A stretch of DNA of 64,000 bases, from NCBI GenBank assembly GCA_035536995.1, contig DATLNB010000047.1, positions 1,047-65,046 on the forward strand, read 5' to 3'. Source of the stretch: Chthoniobacterales bacterium. GTDB taxonomy: Bacteria > Verrucomicrobiota > Verrucomicrobiia > Chthoniobacterales > UBA10450. The notes below the pieces were generated by a model. It ran no database searches, was not told the origin of the DNA, and saw only the letters and a program-made list of their open reading frames with translations. Made by a program: the position numbers and the translations under genes. Positions 54,719 to 63,839 of the stretch are shown in pieces. Numbering within the stretch: the first letter of the stretch is position 1; each line of letters starts with the position of its first letter.

Positions 54719-55459
54719 TTACTCCGATACCACCGTTCCGATCGTTTTGCCCAGAATGATGTCGGTAAAATTGGTCGGCTTGTTCATGTCGAACACTACG
54801 ATCGGAATCCGGTTGTCCATGCAAAGGCTGAAGGCGGTGGAATCCATGACCTGGAGCCGCTGTGTCAGTGCGTCGGAGAACGTCAGGCGTTCGAAGCGTT
54901 TGGCGTCTGGATTCGTGGCGGGGTCGCTGTCATAAACGCCATCGACCTTGGTCGCCTTCAAGATGACGTCCGCGCGGATTTCGCTGGCTCGAAGCGCCGC
55001 TGTCGTGTCGGTTGAAAAATAAGGGTTCCCGGTGCCGGCGACGAAAATGACGACCCGCCCCAGCTCCAGATGGCGAATGGCGCGCCCCAGGATAAAGGGC
55101 TCCGCGACATTTTTCATTTCAATTGCGGTCTGGACGCGAGTTTCGATTCCAAGTTGCGTAAGAGCGCTTTTTAAGGCGAGACCGTTGATCACGGTTGCCA
55201 GCATCCCCATGTAATCGGCGGTGGTCCGATCCATTCCACGATGACTGGCTGATAATCCGCGCCAGATATTCCCGCCTCCGATGACCACGGAGGTCTGGAC
55301 CCCGAGCATTTTCACCTCTTTGATCCGCTCGGCGATCTCGCGAACAATCTGGGGCGAGATATTTTCTTTCGCGCCGCGCTCGCGCAAGGCTTCCCCGCTC
55401 AGCTTGAGGACGATTCTTTTAAAGACTGGCGCTGAAGTTTCCTCGGGCATGGCCGGCAA
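54719..55459 (-). CDS. pyrH: UMP kinase
   Basis: [67 protein letters not shown]. Confidence 0.97.
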   Translation of the reverse strand: MPAMPEETSAPVFKRIVLKLSGEALRERGAKENISPQIVREIAERIKEVKMLGVQTSVVIGGGNIWRGLSASHRGMDRTTADYMGMLATVINGLALKSALTQLGIETRVQTAIEMKNVAEPFILGRAIRHLELGRVVIFVAGTGNPYFSTDTTAALRASEIRADVILKATKVDGVYDSDPATNPDAKRFERLTFSDALTQRLQVMDSTAFSLCMDNRIPIVVFDMNKPTNFTDIILGKTIGTVVSE

Positions 55460-55516
55460 TGATCAACAGAACGGCGAAGGGTTGGGAAGCAAAGAATGCA
55501 ATGGAAGGCTTCTGTT

Positions 55517-55593
55517 GTAGCCGCTTCGCTGTGCGAAGCGTCCGCACGCGTCACAGCGGAGCCCGCCTGCGTCGCCCACAGGGCGACGGCTAC
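55517..55593. repeat. 77-nt multi-hairpin palindromic intergenic element (REP-like)
   Basis: The closing stem GTAGCCG / CGGCTAC encloses three hairpins: CGCTTCGC-TGT-GCGAAGCG, TCCGC-(10 nt)-GCGGA and TCGCCC-ACA-GGGCGA. The fmt stop codon lies inside the closing stem. Confidence 0.6.
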
Positions 55594-56504
55594 CGAAGAC
55601 GGAGCACGGCGTTATAGCCCCGGAGGAATTCCGCGGCGCTCATTCGGCGTTTTCCGTCCAGCTGAACTTCGTCGAGTTTGAGCGCCCCGACTTTTGTCGG
55701 GATAACAAGGTTCGCCGGGTCCGCGCTGCAGGAATCGACGACCCTGGCTCGAAAGACTTTCAGTTTCCTCTCGCGCCCGGCTTCATCGTGCAGGACTGCG
55801 AACGCACCCGGCCATGGGTCGAACGCGCGCACTTTGCGTTCGATCAACGCGGCTGATTCGTTCCAATCGATTCGTCCATGTTCTCGTTCCAGCTTCGGGG
55901 CGTAAGTGGCGATGGACGCATCCTGGGGAGTCCGCGGCGCGCTGCCGTTTGCAATCTGATCAAGCCCTTCCTCGAGCGCCGCCGGCGCGATTTCCGCGAG
56001 CCGACCATGGAGCGACCCTCCGGTTTCGTCCGGTGTGATTGGGATTCTCTTCTGCAGGAGCATGTCTCCAGTATCCAGCCCTGCGTCCATGTACATCACT
56101 GTGATTCCTGTTTCCTCGTCGCCATGGACAATCGCCGCCTGGATCGGCGCCGCGCCGCGATGTTTAGGCAGCAATGAAGCGTGGAGATTGAGGCACGCGA
56201 TCCGTGGGATCTCCAGAAGCGAGGGCGGCAAAATCTGGCCGTAAGCCATCACAACGATTACGTCCGGCGAAAAGTCCCTGATTTGTGCGACCGAGTCGTC
56301 CGCCCTGATCTTTATCGGTTGAAGGACTGGCACGGTCTGCCCGGCTAAAGCGGCCTTGATCGGCGGGGCTTCACTCCGCTGCGCTCGCCCGACCGGTTTA
56401 TCTGGCTGGGTGACGACCGCAACAAGCTCGTGCTCGGACGATTGTCGCAGCCAGCGCAAGACCGGCAGCCCAATTTCACCCGTCCCGATAAAGACTACGC
56501 GCAT
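55590..56504 (-). CDS. fmt: Methionyl-tRNA formyltransferase
   Basis: MRVVFIGTGEIGLPVL, VVTQPDKPVGR, NLHASLLPKHRGAAPIQ. Start trimmed to the ATG at 56502-56504. Confidence 0.93.
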   Translation of the reverse strand: MRVVFIGTGEIGLPVLRWLRQSSEHELVAVVTQPDKPVGRAQRSEAPPIKAALAGQTVPVLQPIKIRADDSVAQIRDFSPDVIVVMAYGQILPPSLLEIPRIACLNLHASLLPKHRGAAPIQAAIVHGDEETGITVMYMDAGLDTGDMLLQKRIPITPDETGGSLHGRLAEIAPAALEEGLDQIANGSAPRTPQDASIATYAPKLEREHGRIDWNESAALIERKVRAFDPWPGAFAVLHDEAGRERKLKVFRARVVDSCSADPANLVIPTKVGALKLDEVQLDGKRRMSAAEFLRGYNAVLRLR

Positions 56505-56511
56505 CGCGCGC

Positions 56512-56760
56512 TTAGAGCTGAATACGTTGAACGGGGACATGTCGGCGCGGCCGTCGCGCCGACGTGGCTTGCGCCATCAACTTTTCGCCAGCGGTTACTT
56601 CGCGCTGGCCGACCGAAGATGCGCAGCCGGTGCAAAGGTAATCGTAAATCTCCTTTTCCGGCAGGATCAAAAGGAGCCGCTCGCGCACCGGCATCGCGGC
56701 CTTGCACTTCTCGCAGTAGAGGCTCGAGGCGGTGAAATTCTCAAACTGCTGCTGACTCAT
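56512..56760 (-). CDS. Small zinc-ribbon-like protein (CxxC ... CxxC)
   Basis: 82-aa ORF with CEKC and CTGC pairs and a GC-rich third position. It fills the adk-fmt gap and overlaps the adk 3' end by 20 nt. Confidence 0.45.
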   Translation of the reverse strand: MSQQQFENFTASSLYCEKCKAAMPVRERLLLILPEKEIYDYLCTGCASSVGQREVTAGEKLMAQATSARRPRRHVPVQRIQL

Positions 56761-57352
56761 GCGCGCCGTTTACTCCATCGTTCACGCTTTCCAGAATGTG
56801 CAGCAGGACCTTCGCTGGCGGCTGGGTCGCATCGATACACGTGATCCGGTCCGGCCCATAGTAGCCGAGGACTGGCTTGGATTCCGTGTCGTAAAGGGCG
56901 AGCCGCCGCTGGATGACTTCTTCGTTGGCGTCATCGAGACGATTATCCTTCAACGCGCGCTTCTTCAGCCGGGCAAATAGCGCGTCGCGGTTCGGGCAGG
57001 AGAGGTGAAACACCTTTTTCACGTCGATCAGCTCATCCATGATTTTGGCCTGCCCGACGTTCCGGGGGATGCCATCGAGCACGAGAATATCGATGTCGGG
57101 CTTAAAAGTGTGGCCATTCACCGCGGCATCGATCTGCGCCTTCCAAAGCTCGACCGTAATTTCGTCGGGAACGAGCTGGCCCTTGCTTGAATATTCGAGA
57201 AAAGCCCGGCCGACCTTTGTCCGGGTATCGATCGATCGAAAGACATCCCCGCAGGCGCAATGAAAAAAACGCGGAATGCTGCCAAGCGTGCGGCCCTGCG
57301 TGCCTTTGCCGCTGCCGGGCGCGCCGAAGAGGAGGTAAGTCTGGTATTTCAT
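56741..57352 (-). CDS. adk: Adenylate kinase family protein
   Basis: P-loop LLFGAPGSGKGTQ, VLDGIPRN, RLDD. Start trimmed to the ATG at 57350-57352. Confidence 0.85.
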   Translation of the reverse strand: MKYQTYLLFGAPGSGKGTQGRTLGSIPRFFHCACGDVFRSIDTRTKVGRAFLEYSSKGQLVPDEITVELWKAQIDAAVNGHTFKPDIDILVLDGIPRNVGQAKIMDELIDVKKVFHLSCPNRDALFARLKKRALKDNRLDDANEEVIQRRLALYDTESKPVLGYYGPDRITCIDATQPPAKVLLHILESVNDGVNGAHESAAV

Positions 57353-57432
57353 GAGCAAATTCCGTTTGTAACGCAAAAGAGCCCGGGCGCACAGCGTATT
57401 CGCTGGCGGAAGATGGTCGGGGGCGGGGCCCG

Positions 57433-57687
57433 CTATTTGGCCGCGAGCGGGTCGACATTGACCCGGCGCCCGGCGCGATCGAACCGGACCTGCCCGTCGA
57501 CCAGCGCGAAAATCGTGTAATCACGGCCCAGCCCGACGTTCTTTCCTGGCTGAAACTTCGTGCCCCGCTGCCGGATGATGATGTTCCCGGCGACGACGGC
57601 TTCGCTCCCAAATTTCTTGACGCCCAGGCGTTTACTAACGCTATCCCGCCCGTTTTTGACGCTGCCCTGTCCTTTTTTATGTGCCAT
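57433..57687 (-). CDS. rpmA: 50S ribosomal protein L27
   Basis: [26 protein letters not shown]...[29 protein letters not shown]. Confidence 0.97.
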   Translation of the reverse strand: MAHKKGQGSVKNGRDSVSKRLGVKKFGSEAVVAGNIIIRQRGTKFQPGKNVGLGRDYTIFALVDGQVRFDRAGRRVNVDPLAAK

Positions 57688-57732
57688 TTGGGTGAGTTAA
57701 AGTTGAAAGTGGATCGTTGAGAGGTCGGAACG

Positions 57733-58098
57733 TTACTCGGCTTTGTCTTCGGCTTTTGCCTTCTTCGCCTTGGAAGTTTTGTCCCCCAGGCTGATGCCGG
57801 TGATTTTTATGCGGGTCAGCTTACGACGGTGACCGACGGTGCGGTGATACCCTTTCCGGCGGCGATACTTAAACGCGATGACTTTCTTGTCCTTGCGCTG
57901 CTCGAGGACCTCACCAGTGACCGTGGCGCCTTCGATGAGAGGACTCCCGTGCGTAGCTTTGTCGCCGTCGCTGTGAAAGAGAACGTCCGCGAAAACACCC
58001 TCTTTCCCGGGCTCCTCATTGAGGAAATCCACGTCGATAATGTCGCCCTCGGCAACCCGATGTTGTCTACCGCCAGTCCTGATAATTGCGTAAGCCAT
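57733..58098 (-). CDS. rplU: 50S ribosomal protein L21 (with Lys/Ala-rich C-terminal tail)
   Basis: MAYAIIRTGGRQHRVAEGD ... KVIAFKYRRRKGYHRTVGHRRKLTRIKI. Confidence 0.95.
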   Translation of the reverse strand: MAYAIIRTGGRQHRVAEGDIIDVDFLNEEPGKEGVFADVLFHSDGDKATHGSPLIEGATVTGEVLEQRKDKKVIAFKYRRRKGYHRTVGHRRKLTRIKITGISLGDKTSKAKKAKAEDKAE

Positions 58099-58202
58099 AC
58101 GAAAGGTGGGTGCTTAACTGGGGGAAAAGCCGCGCAAACTTCCACAGGTCAGGCGGAATGACAAGGGAGAAAAACGACCGCCTGGAGCCCTGATCTGATC
58201 TG

Positions 58203-58304
58203 TCATGTTGAGCGGAGCGAAACATCTCTGACTATTTCCGGCTTTCCACGCGCAGAAATGGTCACAGATCCCCTTCGCCCTCTTCGCGGCTCAGGTTAAC
58301 ATCC
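58203..58304. repeat. Imperfect inverted repeat (REP/MITE-like) in the rsmI-rplU spacer
   Basis: Arm 1 is GTCATGTTGAGCGGAGCGAAACATCTCTGAC (58203-58232). Arm 2 is GTCACAGATCCCCTTCGCCCTCTTCGCGGCTCAGGTTAACATCC (58261-58304). Arm 2 resembles the reverse complement of arm 1, with indels. Confidence 0.45.
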
Positions 58305-58361
58305 ACTTTTGCTCATACCGCTGATCATGATCCTGATCCTTTGTGCCGTAGGCGCTTGTTC

Positions 58362-59030
58362 TCACGAGGGCATCCCGCTAATCACCAGCGTGATCTCCCC
58401 CTTGGCCGGGTGCGCCGTGTAATGCGCAAGAAGCTCAGCGGCAGTCCCGCGCCGGAATTCCTCGAATTTTTTCGTTAGCTCGCGCGCCACGCAAAGATCG
58501 CGGTCCGGCATGATCTCCGAACACGCGGCCAGGGTTTTCAAAATCCGATAGGGTGACTCGAAGAAAATCGTCGTTTCAATCCGCTCCGCCGCCGCCCGCA
58601 ACTCCCTTTCGCGCTGCCCGCTTTTCACCGGAAGGAAGCCGCGGAAGCAAAATGCGTCTGCGGCCAGTCCGGATCCGACCAGCCCAGCCAGGATTGCCGA
58701 GACTCCAGGGACAATCGTGTAAGGCAGACCGCGCTCGATGCATTTTCGGATCAACCGGGCGCCCGGATCGGAAAGGCCAGGCATCCCTGCGTCCGTGATC
58801 AGGGCGACATTTTCTCCCGCTGCGAGTTTTGTGGCCAATTCTTCTGAGCGCATCGCTTCGTTATGCTCGTGATAGCTCACGAGCGGCTTCCGGATCTCAA
58901 AGTGCCGCAGCAGATTCCCGGAGTGGCGGGTATCCTCAGCTGCGATCAGGTCGACCGATTTAAGAACTTCCAAGGCCCGGAGCGTGATGTCGTCCAGGTT
59001 CCCGATCGGGGTGGCAACGACATAAAGCAT
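58362..59030 (-). CDS. rsmI: 16S rRNA (cytidine1402-2'-O)-methyltransferase
   Basis: MLYVVATPIGNLDDITLRALEVLKSVDLIAAEDTRHSG.LL..F.I ... DAGMPGLSDPG ... FFESP.R. Confidence 0.93.
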   Translation of the reverse strand: MLYVVATPIGNLDDITLRALEVLKSVDLIAAEDTRHSGNLLRHFEIRKPLVSYHEHNEAMRSEELATKLAAGENVALITDAGMPGLSDPGARLIRKCIERGLPYTIVPGVSAILAGLVGSGLAADAFCFRGFLPVKSGQRERELRAAAERIETTIFFESPYRILKTLAACSEIMPDRDLCVARELTKKFEEFRRGTAAELLAHYTAHPAKGEITLVISGMPS

Positions 59031-59048
59031 GGCGCGGCCCGCAAACGC

Positions 59049-59570
59049 CTACTTGCGAGGATGCGGCCGATAATCCGTTTCGTACTTGCGCCACTTCGCG
59101 TCGTCTTGCGACCGGGGCGTGATCCGGATCTTCCAAGGCTTTTTCATCCCCAATTCGTCGATCGTGCCGCGGATGCATTTCACGGCCGCCTTGACCACGT
59201 CGTCATCCGTCAGATCATACTGATCCGGGGCCTTCATCTGCGACAGATTTAGTGTGGCCACGTAATGCTCAGGTTTTTCCACCCACTCGGCTTCGACGGA
59301 GATTGCGAGCAGCGAAAGCAGGTTCGAGTCTTCGATGATCTCAGGCCCGCGCTGAGGCAACCGGTTCGGCGCCGCGATATAAACCAGGACATTTTCCAGT
59401 GGACCGCTGGCGATGATTGGGACCTTGGCGACGATGATCTTCGGGTCGGCGTCGGTCCCAAATGTAGTGAGCGGCTGGTAAACGAAACCAACCCCGCTGA
59501 CGCTTCCAAAGGCCGGCATTGTGCCAAGCAACACGAGCAGGATAAAGAATCGTAGGCGTTGAGTTTTCAT
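59049..59570 (-). CDS. Hypothetical secreted protein, translationally coupled to putA
   Basis: Signal peptide (FFILLVLLGTMPAFG). The start overlaps the putA stop by 4 nt. No family recognised. Confidence 0.6.
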   Translation of the reverse strand: MKTQRLRFFILLVLLGTMPAFGSVSGVGFVYQPLTTFGTDADPKIIVAKVPIIASGPLENVLVYIAAPNRLPQRGPEIIEDSNLLSLLAISVEAEWVEKPEHYVATLNLSQMKAPDQYDLTDDDVVKAAVKCIRGTIDELGMKKPWKIRITPRSQDDAKWRKYETDYRPHPRK

Positions 59571-62500
59571 GAGTGATTCACCGTGGCCGCGCCAAACGCC
59601 TGCCGGAACTCCGGGGTCGTGTCAGGCGCGAACCCGTGCCGCATGATGTTTTCGGTCACGACCCGCGGGACGACGAATTGGAGCAGGTAATCGCCGCCGC
59701 CCGCCTTGGTCCCGCCACCCGACATCTTGAAACCGCCAAATGGATGCCGGCCGACAACCGCACCCGTGCAGGAACGGTTGATATAAACATTCCCGGCAAC
59801 CAGTTCCGCTTTCACCCGTTCGATGTTCGCCGGGCTCCGCGAGAAGAATCCGGCGGTCAACGCGTAGTCCGTGTCGTTCGCCACCCGAATCGCTTCATCC
59901 AGATCGCGCACCTTCAACACGCTCAGGACCGGCCCAAAAATTTCCTCGCGCGCAAGCCTCGTATGGGGCTTCACGCCGGTGAAAATCGTCGGCGGAATAA
60001 AGAAACCTTCTGACGGGGCCTTGCCCTGGTAAGCAAGCGTTGCCTCCGACTTACCCGCTTCCACGATCTCGATGATCCGGCGGTAGGCCGTCTCATCAAT
60101 CACCGGGCCGACCGTGATCCCCGGCGTTTCCGGATTGCCCACTCGCAAGCTGGCCGCCGCTTCGACCAGGCGCTTCACGACGCGTTCGTAATTTTCCTCG
60201 AGTACAATCAGGCGCGAACAGGCCGAACATTTTTGGCCCTGATAACCGAAAGCGGAATAGACCGTATCGACGATCGCTTCGTCGAGGTCGGCATCGGAAT
60301 CGACGATGACGGCGTTTTTACCGCCCATTTCGCAGACCACACGCTTCAGCTCCAACTGACCCTCGCGGGTTTCGCCGGCGCTCTTCCAAATCCGGAGGCC
60401 CACCTCGCGCGAGCCGGTGAAGGCGATCATGTGGACGTCCTTGTGATCGACCAAATGCTGCCCGATGACCGAGCCTTTTCCGGGCAGAAAATTCAGGACG
60501 CCCGCCGGCACGCCCGCTTCCTCGAACATTTCCATCAGCAGCGCACCGCAAACCGCCGATTGCTCGGCCGGCTTCATGATCACGGTGTTGCCGGTAACGA
60601 GCGCGGCGGAGACCATTCCGGTCAGGATCGCGACCGGGAAATTCCAGGGCGCGATGACGAGAGCGACGCCCCGCGGCCAGTAGTGCTGATAGCTCTCTTC
60701 ACCCGGGACGTGCTGCGTTAATCGGGGAAGGCCGCGCAGTCTCATCTGCTGCGCGTAAAAGAGGAGGAAATCGATCGCTTCCCGAATATCGCCGTCCGCC
60801 TCCGCCCACGGTTTGCCGACTTCGTAAACCTCAAGGGCAGACAGCTCGAAACGGCGACGGTCCATGATCGTCGCGACTCTTTCCAGCAGCTCAGCCCGAT
60901 GGTCCACGCTGACCCGGCACCAATGTTCGAACGCTTTTTTCGCGGCTGTGACCGCCTGCTCGGCGTGCTCGATCTTCGCTTCGGCCACTGCGCCCACGAC
61001 CTTGTCCGGCGAAGTCGGGTTGATCGAATTGATCAGGTTATCGGTCCAGACTTTTTGCCCGTCGATGACGAGCGGATATTTGTTCCCCAATCGCCCTCGC
61101 ATTTCGACCAGGGCCGCCTGCATTTTTTCCTGGCTGCTGCGATGGACGAAATTCACCAGGGGCGAATTCTCATACGTATCGCCCGGCGGCGTATCGAGGG
61201 ACTGCCCATTGCGAGATTGCGAGGTTGTAGCCGGGATCGCCGATCCCGGCCGCGCTGAGTTGCGAATCAGCGAGCGCGGATCGCGCAAAAGCTGTTCCGG
61301 GCCCGCTTTGTCGGAGAATTTCGCTTTCAGGAATCCTTCGTTCGACGTGTTCTCGAGGAGACGCCGCACGAGATACGACATCCCGGGCAGGAGCTCACCG
61401 ACCGGGCAATATTCGCGAACGCGATAACCCATCTCGACCAGCGCGCGCTTGATCGGGCCCGCCATACCGTAAAGGAGCTGAAATTCCATTCGGCTTTTAT
61501 CGATCCCGAGTTCCTGCGCATAAGCCTGCGCGTGGGCGATGCTCCGAATGTTGTGCGAGCCGAAGGCCGAGGAGGCGATTCCCTCGTTCTCCAACAGGAT
61601 CCGGGTGCAGATTTCGAAGTTCGCGTCGCTCTCCGGCTTTTGCAGGAACACAGGGACGCGCCAACCGTTTTGCGCTGCCTTGATCTTCTCGTAATCCCAA
61701 TACGCCCCTTTGACGAGACGAACGGTGAACCGTGTGCCGCGCTGCCGGCCCCACTCGATCAAATCGCGCAGGTCCTTCTCTGCATCGCGCAGATACGCCT
61801 GGATCACGATGCCGGCGTGCGGCCATTCGCGGAACTCGGGCTCGGAAAAGAGGGTCCGGAAAAGCTCGAGCGTCGTGTTCTTATGCGCGTAGCTCTCCAT
61901 GTCGAAATTGATGAAGGCACCGAGCTCCCGGGCCCGCCGCAGGATCGGCCTCAACTTTGGCCCCAGGTGCGCGATGGCATCCGCCGGATCAGCCGGGTTC
62001 ATCTGGGAATAGAGGGCCGAGATTTTCACGGACACGTTCACAACCGGGAACAGCTCGCTGTTTTTCCCGAGCGGATCGCGCCAGCCCCGGGTTTGTTCCG
62101 ATAGCCCTTCGACCAACGCCAGGCAGCGGGCGGCGTATTCGTTCGTTTCCTCTTCGCTCACCACCGCTTCGCCCAGCAGATCCACCGTAAACCCGATCTT
62201 TTCCGCGCGCCGTCTGCGGAGCGTCTTCATGACGTCGTCCGGGTCGCGGCCCGCGATGAACTGGCGCGCCATCCCCGACACGTTCCAGCGGAGGATCGGG
62301 GCGGTTAGCCACGGAAAAATGCGCGCCGCCCGAATGCCGGTCTGAAGGAACGGGACCGACCCGTTGCGCATATCGGCGAAATATTCGTTCAAGTGCCGGA
62401 CGATGTCGGCTGGCCGCCGGAGCGACGCGAGGACATCGACGAAGCGGAACATCTGGACCTTGAAATGTTCGTCCCGCATCGAGAAGGCCATCATCCGCTG

Positions 62501-62599
62501 GTAGAACCCCGCTTTGCTGAAAATCGATTCCGGGTTTTGATCGACCAGATCCAACATCTGCAACCCCCGTTGCTCGATCTCCTGCTGCAACGAACTCAT
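59567..62599 (-). CDS. putA: Bifunctional proline dehydrogenase / L-glutamate gamma-semialdehyde dehydrogenase
   Basis: N-terminal PRODH barrel (VRLVKGAYWDYE, FGSHN, EFQLLYGM) plus a C-terminal ALDH (EMGGKNAVIVD, GYQGQKCSACSR, EEIFGPV). Confidence 0.93.
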   Translation of the reverse strand: MSSLQQEIEQRGLQMLDLVDQNPESIFSKAGFYQRMMAFSMRDEHFKVQMFRFVDVLASLRRPADIVRHLNEYFADMRNGSVPFLQTGIRAARIFPWLTAPILRWNVSGMARQFIAGRDPDDVMKTLRRRRAEKIGFTVDLLGEAVVSEEETNEYAARCLALVEGLSEQTRGWRDPLGKNSELFPVVNVSVKISALYSQMNPADPADAIAHLGPKLRPILRRARELGAFINFDMESYAHKNTTLELFRTLFSEPEFREWPHAGIVIQAYLRDAEKDLRDLIEWGRQRGTRFTVRLVKGAYWDYEKIKAAQNGWRVPVFLQKPESDANFEICTRILLENEGIASSAFGSHNIRSIAHAQAYAQELGIDKSRMEFQLLYGMAGPIKRALVEMGYRVREYCPVGELLPGMSYLVRRLLENTSNEGFLKAKFSDKAGPEQLLRDPRSLIRNSARPGSAIPATTSQSRNGQSLDTPPGDTYENSPLVNFVHRSSQEKMQAALVEMRGRLGNKYPLVIDGQKVWTDNLINSINPTSPDKVVGAVAEAKIEHAEQAVTAAKKAFEHWCRVSVDHRAELLERVATIMDRRRFELSALEVYEVGKPWAEADGDIREAIDFLLFYAQQMRLRGLPRLTQHVPGEESYQHYWPRGVALVIAPWNFPVAILTGMVSAALVTGNTVIMKPAEQSAVCGALLMEMFEEAGVPAGVLNFLPGKGSVIGQHLVDHKDVHMIAFTGSREVGLRIWKSAGETREGQLELKRVVCEMGGKNAVIVDSDADLDEAIVDTVYSAFGYQGQKCSACSRLIVLEENYERVVKRLVEAAASLRVGNPETPGITVGPVIDETAYRRIIEIVEAGKSEATLAYQGKAPSEGFFIPPTIFTGVKPHTRLAREEIFGPVLSVLKVRDLDEAIRVANDTDYALTAGFFSRSPANIERVKAELVAGNVYINRSCTGAVVGRHPFGGFKMSGGGTKAGGGDYLLQFVVPRVVTENIMRHGFAPDTTPEFRQAFGAATVNHS

Positions 62600-62653
62600 G
62601 GGCCGATTCTAAACAAGGAGCGGCGGTTTACAAACCGCCGTTTCCTAAGCGCC

Positions 62654-63255
62654 CTACTTCGGCTCCGGAACGACTATATCGCGCGATCCGCGCCATACCC
62701 CGCCGCCCCCGCGTTTCAGGTCGATGATAACCACGAAGGGACGATCGCGGCCTCCGCTCGCGCTTTTCAGCTCCCTCTCATTGATCCGTGGATCGTCTTT
62801 GAACCAGTAATCCTCGATCGACCGCTCAGAATATCCCGGTCCGTAAACGTGCGCGTGGATGTGGCCGGCGTGCTCCGGTGCGGATACGCTCCTGGGCGTA
62901 TCGTGCGGAATTCGTATTTTCCGTTGGCCCCAATCAACATCCAGCCCTTGAGCCGCGGGTGGCTCGCGTCGTCTTTTTCATTGTAATAACCGGTTCGGTC
63001 TGTGTGATATACCCACAGCACCATTCCCTCAGCCGGCGTTTTGCCGTCGGGTTTGAAAACTCTGCCGGTGACGATCAATGGCTCGCCGGCCTCCTTCTCC
63101 GAAGTGATTACGGTTTTCCAGGAAAGCTGTTCCGGGGCATTGCACGACCCGCAGGGCGCGCCGCCCGTCAGGGTTGCCGGATAATTTTTTTCCGGTTCGG
63201 CCGCGACGCAGCATGACGCAACAAGAACAACCAGAACGCGCCAGCGCCACTGCAT
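62654..63255 (-). pseudogene. Intradiol-dioxygenase-like (PAHIH-type) secreted protein gene interrupted by a 1-nt frameshift
   Basis: The upstream frame reads ...GKYEFRTIRPGAYPHRSTPA, then goes out of family (TSTRTFTDRD...). The -1-shifted frame continues GHIHAHVYGPGYSERSIEDYWFKDDPRINERELK...VVPEPK to a stop at 62654-62656. The junction is at the GG/CC run at 62863-62866. Signal peptide from the ATG at 63253-63255. Confidence 0.65.
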
Positions 63256-63326
63256 CCGGTCGGTATAACTGAGGCACCCTCTATTCACGAGACCGGAGTT
63301 GCCCCGACCAGCGTTGTACGCGTATC

Positions 63327-63800
63327 ATGGCGGCGCTCGACACCACCGGGCATCAGATAATGCAAAAAATAGGATTTGCCGAAGCGCTTGATTCAATCGT
63401 GGCCAGCGATCCCCGTTATCAGCGCGAGGCCTACGTGTTTCTGCGCGATGCGCTCGATTACACGACCAAGCAGCAGAAAAAGACCAAGGGGGCATCGGTC
63501 CGCCACGTAGCGGGGCCGGAGCTGCTCGCGGGTGTCCGCCAGTATGCGCTCAAGGAATTCGGCCCGATGGTTGTAACTGTTTTTTCCTACTGGGGAATTC
63601 GTTCCTGCGAAGACATCGGTCACATGGTCTTCAACCTGATCGGAGCCGGAATTTTCGGGAAAACGGAAGAGGACTCGATCGAGGATTTCAAGAACGTCTT
63701 CGATTTCCACGAAGCCTTTGTGAAGCCGTTTGAACCGGAGAAGCGCTCGCATCCGGATATTCCGGCCGGACTTCCAGCTTCGGCGCCGAAGGTCTCCTGA
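63327..63800 (+). CDS. Conserved hypothetical protein (Minf_1886-like, Planctomycetes/Verrucomicrobia family)
   Basis: DPRYQREAYVFLRDALDYT ... RHVAGPELLAGVRQYALKEFGPM ... WGIRSCEDIGHMVFNLI..G.FGKTEEDS.EDF resembles that family as remembered. The start could instead be the ATG at 63360. Confidence 0.6.
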   Translation: MAALDTTGHQIMQKIGFAEALDSIVASDPRYQREAYVFLRDALDYTTKQQKKTKGASVRHVAGPELLAGVRQYALKEFGPMVVTVFSYWGIRSCEDIGHMVFNLIGAGIFGKTEEDSIEDFKNVFDFHEAFVKPFEPEKRSHPDIPAGLPASAPKVS

Positions 63801-63839
63801 GATTGCGCCGGGCGCCTTCGAGCGCTTTGGTTCATCGAA

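Noticed and set aside
53420-55015. 531-aa ORF on the plus strand
   Set aside because: It lies antisense to the unambiguous frr and pyrH genes. Its Arg/Gly/Pro-rich, low-complexity composition is typical of shadow ORFs in GC-rich DNA.
55517-55593. Possible tRNA or tRNA-like gene (77 nt, 7-bp closing stem, three hairpins)
   Set aside because: There is no TTCGA-type T-loop, the first hairpin loop is only 3 nt, and the middle loop is 10 nt rather than 7. It cannot be folded into a canonical cloverleaf, so it is kept only as a structured repeat.
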